In this document: positions 1 through 10,408 of the stretch, piece after piece
How the letters are laid out: each line of letters starts with the position of its first letter
Position numbering within the stretch: the first letter of the stretch is position 1
Assembly: GCF_000143415.4 (NCBI RefSeq)
Contig: NW_003314296.1
Span: 663,645 to 727,644, forward strand
DNA: 64,000 nt
DNA from: Selaginella moellendorffii
Lineage: Eukaryota > Plantae > Lycopodiophyta
Direction of reading: 5' to 3'
Program-made: the position numbers and the translations under genes
The notes under the pieces: model-generated
The model's database searches: none
Told to the model about the DNA's origin: nothing
The model's input: the letters and a program-made list of their open reading frames with translations, nothing else

Positions 1-189
1 GAAAGAGCTTGTCCGAGGTGAATATTGTGGTGATTTATAAAGCGCTGAAAATTCTATGCAGGCTGTGAAAGAGGTGAGCGAGGAAACTTTTGTGAGGCGA
101 AACTCAGTGTACTCTCTTGCACTGAAAGTGCTGAAGAAAGACAAGTCAAAAAGCGAGGATAGCAGCTAATCTGGTTTGTAAGAATCTCA

Positions 190-1200
190 GATTTGGATAG
201 CAAAAAAACTCTACGCTTGTTATATACTATGCACGTATTCTCAATGTTTTTTGGAGAGATTCTTTGGAACTGCGTACGGCGTCCATCCAAATCAAGTAGG
301 CTTACTTATGGTTTGAATTGCTTTCCAAGTTTCTCAGCAGCTGGAGCAACTTACACCTCGAAGCATTTTGGTGTTATAAAGAGAAGAGAAAGCCTAATAT
401 GGGTGTAAGCTCGTTTGCACAGGACACAGGATGACGGCACGGGCATATTTCGAGTTGTGTAATCGGCACGGGTCTCTTGTCATACCTGTATTATATTTAC
501 ATACTAACCAAGGCACGGATAGGTTGTTTGGAGCCGTCATATTACAAATTTGAGTGCTCCTTGCTACTAAAAGTTTTTGAGAAAGAACAGGGAGCTGCAG
601 CTCTTGCGCTTAAACGATTCTTGGTTGTTTTTCTTAGAGATGATATAATGAAGCAGGTCGCTCTACAGAACACAACATGGTGAGCCAGAATTGTTCATGG
701 TTTAAAACCGTGTGCCATGATTTCTTTGGGCCTGGTTTTCAATGGGAATGGAGGCAACACAGAGGAGTACATTAGAACTCTTTCTTCTGCGTTTCAGATC
801 TTATTAGGCTGGCAAAATCAACGTTGGAAGATCGCTTCTTTCTCTTTAGTCGTGTAGAATTGTGGAGGAACTGCTGCTGCGTCAGGGATAAGGGTGGATT
901 GGGCGGTGTTTGCTGCCCAAAGTTCTTTAGCTGCAGAAGCAAGTAGGGATGCAGGTTTTTTTTTCTTCGTTTTCTTGCTCTCCAGTCAAAGCAGATGGCT
1001 TCGTCTGTGCAAGTACTACGAGATTTGACAAGCTTGCGGTGGTGGTACTAGGTCTTGAGGAACTTGTTATTAAAGATTCAAACTGTAAATTAAAATTAAT
1101 TTTCATGACTACTGGAATTTTGTAGCCTAAATCCATCTGACAACTACTATCAGTGAGAGAAGCACTCGATTTGGGGGATAAGTGTTAGCAGTAAATATCC
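190..1200 (+). pseudogene. Heavily deleted paralog of 26090-27330 (inverted); probable receptor-like kinase remnant
   Basis: Shares ggttgtttggagccgtcatattac, gctctacagaac, ccaaatcaagta and taatcggcac in colinear order with the minus strand of 26.1-27.3 kb. Kinase-like remnants KGGLGGV (about 889-910) and frameshifted LDWG (about 1165-1180). No long ORF. Confidence 0.4.
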
Positions 1201-1427
1201 AAAATGTATAAAAGTTTAGTGATTTTAATCTAATAGTCACTTCTTTGCAACACCTTGTTGATCTTCGATGTACCTGGAAAGAAACCATTCCATCAAAACA
1301 TTAAGTAGCTAAGCAAATTATGTACCTCACTCTTGTTACTTGAGGCTGCAACGACCTGAAAGAAGTCTCTTCCAGAACATTTTTATCTAAAGAGTTACCT
1401 TAATACTTTAAATTTTATAATTGTAAT

Positions 1428-1846
1428 TTAATATAAACATTATAAACTTTAAAGTATTAAAGTTATGGCATAATGTTTATATTAAATTATAAATGAAAAT
1501 TAAGCTCAACTCTTCAACTCTTCAATTCATGAGCACCTCTTTTTCTAATTGGTTATGGGTTTTAGGATATTTAGGGTTTAACTTCAGATTGATGTAATTT
1601 AATATGACATTATTCTTATTAAATTAGTTAGCACCTGTTTAATATAAATATTATAAACTTTAAAGTATTAAGGTCATGGCAAACTTAGTTTATAATGTTT
1701 ATATTAAATTACAATTGAAAATTGAGCTCAATTATTTAACTTTTCAATTCATGAGCACCCTTTCAGGATATTTAGAATTTGACTTCAGATTGATGTAATA
1801 TTTAATATGACATTAGAATATATTCTTATTAAACTCGTTAGAACCT
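1428..1846. repeat. Two-copy imperfect tandem repeat, about 210 bp unit, containing a TRIM-LTR fragment
   Basis: tataaactttaaagtattaa...caattcatgagcacc...acttcagattgatgtaat occurs at about 1428-1636 and again at about 1638-1846. Confidence 0.75.
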
Positions 1847-2609
1847 CCATAATAAAGAAGAATTATGCAGGGGGTCTCACATTCCCACCACCATGAAAGA
1901 CTTATATGTCTCATCATGCTGTGATCATTTCATTATTGAAGTGGAAGAATTTGATTAGTTGTACTACTTGATAAGTTTTGACTTTTAAAATAGATAATTT
2001 TGAGGTCATTCATTATTTGAGGAGTTCCATGGCTAATGCTAATACCTTTTTTGAGCTCCTCTCCCTTTTCGTGTTCCTGAAAAATCAATTATTCTACCAT
2101 TAATGAATTTTATTTTATAAACAAGGATTCCATATTATCAATAGTATTTATACTTGATTGTTTAGTATCCAAGGTCTAAAGCTAAAATTGCCTTCTCTTA
2201 ATGGATCAAAAGGTTAAATTATGGATTCAAAAGCTTCAGATGTTTGCATTATTTACTGATGATTCGCTATTTTGGTATTTATATTTTCAATATCACTTTA
2301 AGGACAATCTTTTTTACTTTATAAGGACTTATTCTAATGACTATCTGTAGTTAGTGATGTTTTTTATTTTTATTCTATATTTTCTTTATGCTTACCATGA
2401 CCTATTATAGGTAAATATATGGGATATTATTATATGACTAAAAAGCTATATAGATCTTTTTATTATTCAAAGATGCAATATAATGTTATCTAGTATATGT
2501 ATAGTTATGTTTGGTGCCAAATTTACAATACTCCCCTTTGTGCTGTAAAAGGATAATTGAAGTCAATTGTGTTTTTCTGTTTATTTGAGTTAGTAACATT
2601 TAATTTAAT

Positions 2610-3716
2610 AGAGCCTTTTCCACAGTCAATTGTTGACAATGAGTACATCATTATTGCTTTCAACTACTTGATTTGATGAGTGGAAATCAATGCTTTTGCT
2701 AGTGTATTTGCAATTGTAATTAAATATTTCCTCGTCAATTAAATGGTGTTTTAACATTCTTGCTCAAAGTAGATTTTCTTAGATAATGGTCCCATATCTA
2801 TAAATAAGGCATTTCACATCTTGATATCTGGGGATATGCCACATTTTCACGAGTGTTTATCATTTCAACTAGGGATATGCCATATTTTCACGAATCTTTA
2901 TTATTCACAGATGGATGGTTTGGTGGAATGACTTGTTTGAACCTTCAAAAGAATGATTATGAAGTATGTGAATTTTCAGCATTTGGATTGGAATGGTTAT
3001 TTATCATCTCTTTAGTATGTATATGCCATAAGGGTATAGAGTTTTATTAGTGTTTCATCATATAAACTCTTATATAATCACAATATGATATTTTTGATAG
3101 AGTTGAATTTATTATTATGATTGCCATAAGTTACTAATATTAAGTTCTAAGATTAATATTTGACAATCATTCTTCCATTGGTTCTAGTGGACTCTATTGA
3201 ACATTTAGGCCACATATAAGTGGGATAATATCTAAATTAAACTCTATCATTATCCACTTACAGAGTATAAAATGGATGATTTGATGTTGGTTTATTTTCT
3301 CAATATTATAATACATGGTTTGTTTAAAAGGCTCATTGCTCAGTGGAAAGGATTATATAAAGTGTTGTAGCAAGTTGGACCACAGGTTTATTAGGTTTAG
3401 CATGATATTTATCATGGCTAAAACACTTTATACAAAGAGATTATGAACAATTGACACCATGTACAAATCCATTAGTGCCTCCTCCTAATTTTCCTTTGAA
3501 TTTTGACTTATCAACTAGAGGATCCTAATTACTTTTCATCTTTCCAAAAGCAAGGGATAATGTGAGGTCCACATATATAACTATAATTGTATACTGATAT
3601 AAGTGTAATGAGATTTTGATATGATTTCAATGTGGACCACTTACTTATTTCAGGGTTTTTAGGTTAATCTAATATATACATTTTTGTATTCTATTTTTAT
3701 AATCCATGCACTCACA
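2610..3716 (+). mobile_element. Decayed gypsy family A integrase, PPT and 3' LTR
   Basis: Colinear with 12920-14040 but with many C>T/G>A changes. LTR tgtgaggtcc...gcactcaca at about 3561-3716. Confidence 0.85.
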
Positions 3717-3868
3717 AATGGTGTATAAATATATCCACTAGTTAAATTTGGTAAAGGTAACACACTCTTTCATTAAGCTTTTCAGTTAGCTCTAAGAGGA
3801 GAGCTATAAATATTTAGCAATTTTTCTTCTAATACATATTTAAAATTTATTATTAATAAAATAAACAT

Positions 3869-6800
3869 TATGAGTGCTTGGAATATAGAAAAGGAATACA
3901 GAAAGTGTGCATATTGTAAGCAACCAAAGGGAACGACTCAAGAGATGATCCATGGGGTTTAAATATAAAAGGAAAGGGCCTATAAATAAGAGTGCACCCC
4001 TTTTTCCAATCGGTTAAAGGTTTTGGGATATTTGGGGTTAAGTGTCTTTGGGTTTGAATAGTATTGGGTTGGGTGAACTCTCGGGAAGACCAAACTCAGG
4101 AGCTTACATTTGGTATCAAAAGGGTTTCGGGTTCGACTCTATTGGCTGGCTAAGAGAATCACACTATATGTTAATTGACATCTAGTTGGTCCAATTTGCT
4201 CCTGCTGGGCTTGACCCGAGAAATAGGGTGTCAAGAGAGCAGGGCTCTCGGGTGAGCTGTGGCTCTCAGCTTTCGTTCACGAGGGTGTGAACTTGTAGGG
4301 AAACATCATAGATTATAAGCAACCAAAGGGAACGAATCGAGAAAAAATCTATAGAGTTCAAATATAAAAGGAAAAGGCCCATGAATAAGAGTGCACCCCT
4401 TTTTTCAATTGGTTAAAGGTCTTGGGATATTTGGGGTTAAGTGTCTTTAGGTTTGAATAGTACTAGGTTGGATGACCTCTTGGGAAGTCTAAACTCAGGA
4501 GCTTACATATATCAATTAGCCCAAAAACCCTAGCTTATATACAGGAGTGAGTGGTCCAGATTGAAACCAATCCGACGGCTACCAAAATCCTATTGTGCTA
4601 ATATTAGCATACGGCATCGTAACCGTACACTTGGCCCTCACATCATCCCCTCCTCTCGGAATAATAGAAGACCATTAGGGTTCTCTTGTAGACGAGCTGA
4701 GATCTAGAAGAACGTTAGGAGTAGGTATCGGCGGATCTGTAGGTGGTATTAACTGCTCCTAATCCCTTTGTATGAAGCGTTTCAACCACTACACATGCAT
4801 AATCTCTAGAGGATCGGCTTGTTGAACATCATGCCGAACCTTATAAACTTGTGGTCCAACTTGCCGCAACACTCGATACAGTCCTTTCCACTGTGCAAGG
4901 AGCCCTTTAGATAAACCACGTACCGTAAGATGAGGAAAACGGACTAACACCAAATCATCCACTTTGTACTCCGCAAGTGGACAATGATGGGAGTTATAGT
5001 GCCATTGTTGTCCCACTTGTATGCGGCCTAAGTGTTCGGCAAACTCTGCTCAAACAAGTGGAAGAATACTTATCAAATACTGATCCCATGACCTAGCATC
5101 GGCAGCTCATGGCAATCGCGAAGGTAAACCCAGCTTCGTTGGTAATATTGGATCATAACCATATAAGAGTTTATATGGTGAAGCACCAATAAAATGCTGC
5201 ACCTTTGTAACATATGCATATCGAAGAGATGGTAAATAACCATCTCAATCCGAATACTAAAAGTTCACATACTTCGCAATCATCCCTTTAAATATCTGAA
5301 CGACCTGTTCCACTACATTGTCTAATTGTGGATGATAAACACTGGTGAAAGTATGGTGTATCCCCAACCAAGACGTCAAAACATGAAATGCCTAAGCCAT
5401 AAATGCGGGACCATTATCCGAAAGAATCTGCTCTGGACAAGAATGCTGGAACACTACTCGATTGAGGAGGAAGTATCCAACAGCAGTTACAAAGGCACTA
5501 ACAAGAGCACTAATTTCCACCCAATGAGTCAAGTAGTCAGAAGCAATAATAACATATTCATTGTCAACAGTCGACTGTGGAAAAGGTCCCATAAGATCAA
5601 ATACCACCAACTCAAATAGATGGGAAACTCAATTAACTCCAACCGTCCTTCCACAGCATGAGGAGGAGTATTACGAGCTTGGCACCAAACACAACTGCGC
5701 ACATACCGGATAATATCACATCACATGTTCAGTCAATAGAAAGACCTACACAACTTCTCAGTTACACGACAATGTCCCATATGCCTACCTAGAATAAGAG
5801 AATCATGGTAGGCATGGAGAAACCACAAAATAAAGACAGAAGGCACCACTAGCTATAAATGATCATCAGGATCTATCCCCATAAAATAAAGAAGGCTATC
5901 TTCAAGGTGATATTGAGAATGTAAATGCCAGAAAGGTAAGTCATTAACAAGTGATGTAGGATTCTCAAACCCATCTTGAAGCCTTCGAATCCATGGCTCA
6001 ATCTTTTGAGCCTTGCGAATTTCATCAAGAGAAGGTAAATTTTACTTTGCACATTGTGAACACTGAACGTCAAGTATAGCAACCACTGACAGCACATAAT
6101 CCTCGTCTAGAAAATCCACAGATGCTAGAACAACAGGCTCGTCAGAAACATGAGAAGAGAGTGGAGAAGGAAGAAAAACTCAAGAAAGGGCATCTGCATC
6201 AACCATAGAAGTCCCTAGGCGATGAACAACATCAAAATCATATATCTGAAGCTTCAAAGTCCATCGAGCAGTACGACCAATTAGGTTCTTCCGCTTCAAT
6301 AATGAAGTAACAGTAGCATGGTTACTTTCAAGTAACGTCCGAGAACCATGTAGATATGCATAAAGTTTTTTGAAACCCTAGATTGTTACTAAACACTCTT
6401 TCTTTGCCATGGAGTAGTTCATCTTCGTTGGTTGTAATGTATGGTTTATATATGCAATGGGATGGTGCTGACCAAACACACTCAAGCTCTCTTGCATCAA
6501 CACACCTCCAAGACCAATGTTAGAAGCATCCATGCACAAAATAAAAGGTCGAGTGTAATCAGGATATGCTAAAACCGGAGGAGTCGTCAATAGCTCTTTG
6601 AGATCCATGAACACTCGCTCATAATCCAGAGACAAGATGAAAGATGACGTTGATGACTTCAGCAACGCTTACAACGGTGCAGTGCAATCAGAAAGATGAT
6701 CCACAAAACAACCGAGATACTGCACCTTGCCCAAGAAGCGCTGCACATCATTCACACACTTTGGAGTAAGGAACTTTAGAACAACCACAAGTTTGTCAGG

Positions 6801-8647
6801 ATCAACTTGCAAACCTTCATGAAAAATACAGTACCCAAGATAAGTTATGTCCTTGGACCCAAACACACATTTCAACCGCTTCAGCTTTAAACCAACATCA
6901 TGTAGCCGATCCAACACTTTACAAACATCACGAATGTGCTCCTCCCACGTCCCCTCCAAGTGGATCAAGGCATCATCAATGAAGTCAGCAGTCACCTTTG
7001 GCATATCGCAAAGAACCTTGTACATCATTCGCTGGAAAGTTGCTGGAGCATGGTACTTGCCACAACCCAGAAGCAAGATTGAACTTGGTGAACCAATGAC
7101 TTTGCCCTAGACGATCTAGGAGATTAGTAGTGTGAGGAAGAGGGTACACATCCGGGATTGTCACTTCGTTTAACGAACAATAGTCGATGTAGAAATGAAT
7201 ACTCCCATCAGGCTTTGTCACAAGATGAGGTTCACATGCCCAAGGACTCTGCAACTTCCGAATAACACCCTTCTCTAACATCTCTTTGACGTTTGCACAT
7301 AAAATCTTGATATCCTTGGGTGACCGACGACGAATAGAAACCTTTGTTGGACGAGTTGGAATCGGATCACTGACTTATTCGCGCAAGGTCCCTCCGCTAC
7401 TTGCGCGACTCTTCATTTCCCGGATGCATCTTGGCGTCCAAACCTTCCACTACAGTAGCACCAACGGACGTTGCTGATGCCAAGGTCTCCACCTAGGAAA
7501 TGGAGATTGCCAATCCGGAAAATGCTGATAATGCCGATAAGTATGACCTCCATTGGAACATAACCATCACCCTTAGAAAGTGGAGCTGAAAGACATGCAG
7601 AGAGAAGTGGGAGAGGTGACGTCTCATAACATTATGCCAAGCAAAGAGCATTGTCAAGGGTGGCAGGAGCAAGTGCATGCACAAATCTGACAAAATCTTG
7701 ACGAAGTGCTGGCCATAACATTCTGAGCTTGATCTACTCCAACATATTTGGCTCCACACGAAGCAAAAGATTTCGGAAACGAATGCCAAATTGCATCACC
7801 AATTCAGAAGGCCTCTAGCGAAGACGATGCAATTGTTGGAAGGCATCATCACAGTCGTCGGCATGTCCGAAGGCACGTTTGAAAACGTCCGGGAGAGCAC
7901 TCCAATCCCCATGAGTGGCTGTGCTCAAACCATTGTACCATTGCAACGCCATCTCTTGGAGACACGTGGGAAACTCATGCAAATGTCGAACATCATCCCA
8001 AGAATGATATGTGACAATCACCGTGAAATGATCGAACCAATGCTACACATCATTTCTAGGATTCCCGTGAAAGAACTCCAGCCAAATGCGAGGATTGGCA
8101 CCAAGAGCAGGAGGAGTTGTACCACGTGCCGTGAACGCTACCATCAACTGAGTTTGGTTGTTCAATTGCAAGTGCATAGCATCAAGCAATTGTACCAATT
8201 GTTGCTCCAGAGTCAAATGAGGAGATTGTTGATCTGCCATGAAGATTAACGAAAAAGAAAGAGAAAAAGAAGAGAAAAACAAAAAGCTAAAAGGAAATGG
8301 TACATCTAAACAATGCAAAAAGCTAGATCTAAACAAAAATCCTGAAAGGAAAGAATAAAAAAAAGGAAATGGAAAAAGTTAGATTTAGACAATGCAAAAG
8401 CTAAATCTAAACTAAAATCCCAAATCCAAACACTCTTTAGGGACAATCAAAAGTGCCCCTCACTTCCACCAATATGAGTGCTTGGAATATGGAAAGGGAA
8501 TACAGAAAATGTGTATATCAATTAGCCCAAAAACCCTAGCTTATATATAGAAGCGAGTGGTCTGGATTGAACCAATCCAACGGCTACCAAAATCTCACTA
8601 CGCTAATATTAGCATACAGCATCGTAGCTATACATTTGGCCCTCACA
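3869..8647 (-). mobile_element. Decayed, internally deleted gypsy family A element
   Basis: 5' LTR 8473-8647 and 3' LTR 3869-4642 (interrupted by a TRIM). Gag, RT (DFIDD), RNase H and integrase fragments match 9437-13834. Protease region deleted near 7345-7370. No matching TSD seen. Confidence 0.92.
3915..4507 (+). mobile_element. Cassandra-like TRIM with 5S rRNA-derived segment in its LTRs, nested in a family A LTR
   Basis: 194-bp LTRs 3915-4108 and 4314-4507, PBS TGGTATCA at 4111, about 205 bp non-coding interior, TSD CATAT/TATAT. gttaagtgtctttaggtttgaatagtactaggttggatgacctcttgggaagtc resembles 5S box A-IE-box C. Confidence 0.88.
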
Positions 8648-9436
8648 CCTTTGAATATAGAGAAATAAAAACATTCTTTTACATTTGGAAGAACATTAAA
8701 ATTTTAGTTTTAAAAGGCTAATAAAAAAGTAAATTTAAAAGTATTTAGATAGTTATTATTTTATATTATTTTTTAAAATTATTTTTATATAATAAAAAAT
8801 AATTAAAAAATATTATAAATCCTACTACATGTTATGTTATAAAATTTCTTAACTGTTTATTTATTAGAAAAGTTTTCTAATGTATTTAATGGTCTTAAGA
8901 ATATATATAGTAGTGTTTTCTTATATAAATTTTGTATATGGAGTAAATGTAGACTGGGGGGAAAAAAGTTCTTAGTGAACAAGATATTCAAATTATAATT
9001 GATCAAGGTTTTCTAAATTTAACAATGTGAGGGCCAAGTGTACGGCTACGATGCCATATACTAATATTAGCGGATAGTAGTGGATTTTGGTAGCCGTTGG
9101 ATTGGTTTCAATCTGGACCATTCGCTCCTGTATATAAGCTAGGGTTTTTGGGTTAATTGATATGCACATTTCTGTATTCCCTTTCCATATTCCATGCACT
9201 CACATTGGTGGAGTTGAGGGGCATCTTTGATTGTCCCTGGGAGTGCTTGGATTTGGGATTTCGGTTTAGATCTAGCTTTTGCATTGGCTAGATCTAGCTT
9301 TTTCCATTTCCTTTCTTTTGTTCTTTCCTTTCAGGATTTTGGTTTAGATCTAGCTTTTTGCATTGTCTAGATCTACCATTTCTTTCCAGCTTTTTGTCAT
9401 TTCTCTTCTTTTGCTCTTTCTTTTTCATTCATTTTC

Positions 9437-10369
9437 ATGGCCGATCCGCAATCTCCTCCTTTGACTCTAGAGCAGCAGTTGGTTCAATTGCTTGATGCTA
9501 TGCGCTTGCAATTGAACAACCAAACTCAGTTGATGGTGGTGTTCACGGCACATGGTACAACTCCTCCTGCTTTTGGTGCCAATCCTCGCGTTCGGCTGGA
9601 GTTCTTTCGTGGGAATCCTGGGGATGATGTGTACCATTGGTTCGATCACTTCACGGTGATTGCCACATATCATTCTTGGGATGATGCTCGACGTTTGCGT
9701 GAGTTCCCCACATGTCTCCAAGGGACGGCATTGCAGTGGTACAATGGATTGAGCGCAGCTACTCGTGGCGATTGGAGTGTTCTTCCGGACGTCTTCAAAC
9801 GCGCCTTCGGACACGCCGACGATTGTGATGATGCCTTCCAACAATTGCATCGTCTTCGCCAAGGGCCATCTGAGTCGGTGATGCAATTTGGCGTTCGTTT
9901 CCGAAGTCTTTTGCTTCGTGCGGAGCCAAATATGTCGGAGCGGATCAAGCTAGGAATGCTGTGGCCAGCACTTCGTCGAGATCTTGTCGGACTTGTGCAT
10001 GCACTTGCTCCTGCCACTCTTGACGATGCTCTTCGCTTGGCACAACATTATGAGACGTCGCCTCTTCCACTTCTTGCTACACGTCCTTCAGCTCCACTTC
10101 CTATGAGTGATGGTCCTGTTCCCATTGAGGTTGATGCTGCTGCTACTCGAGTCCAAGGACAAGGGCGAGGACGTGGTCATGGCCGTGACGTTCGTTGCTG
10201 GGCGTGTGATGAAGTTGGTCATACTTATCGGCGTTGTCGGCGCTTTCCGGATTGGCGACCTCCATTTCCTGGGTGGAGACCTTGGCGTCAGCAACGTCCC
10301 GTTGGTGCTGCTGCGGTGGAAAGTTTGGATACCGAGGTGCATTCGGGAAACGAGGAGTCGCGCGAGTAA
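9437..10369 (+). CDS. gag: Gag (family A)
   Basis: 310-aa ORF with retrotransposon capsid-like region and CCHC knuckle CWACDEVGHTYRRC. Confidence 0.93.
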   Translation: MADPQSPPLTLEQQLVQLLDAMRLQLNNQTQLMVVFTAHGTTPPAFGANPRVRLEFFRGNPGDDVYHWFDHFTVIATYHSWDDARRLREFPTCLQGTALQWYNGLSAATRGDWSVLPDVFKRAFGHADDCDDAFQQLHRLRQGPSESVMQFGVRFRSLLLRAEPNMSERIKLGMLWPALRRDLVGLVHALAPATLDDALRLAQHYETSPLPLLATRPSAPLPMSDGPVPIEVDAAATRVQGQGRGRGHGRDVRCWACDEVGHTYRRCRRFPDWRPPFPGWRPWRQQRPVGAAAVESLDTEVHSGNEESRE

Positions 10370-10408
10370 TGGAGGGACCTTGCGCGAATAAGTTAGTGAC
10401 CCCTCCAT
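10345..10408 (+). promoter_or_regulatory. -1 programmed ribosomal frameshift signal (G GGA AAC plus H-type pseudoknot)
   Basis: Heptamer 10345-10351 in the gag frame, 6-nt spacer, stem 1 10358-10366/10379-10387, stem 2 ATGGAGGG 10369-10376 with CCCTCCAT 10401-10408. Pol is in the -1 frame. Confidence 0.85.

Noticed and set aside
1900-2600. Decayed chromovirus pol remnant
   Set aside because: Only a few short resemblances to family B; too eroded to support by eye.
4436-4489. 5S rRNA gene
   Set aside because: Only the internal control region matches, and it lies inside TRIM LTRs.
9205-9225. tRNA-Ala gene
   Set aside because: 20-nt primer-binding site only; no cloverleaf.
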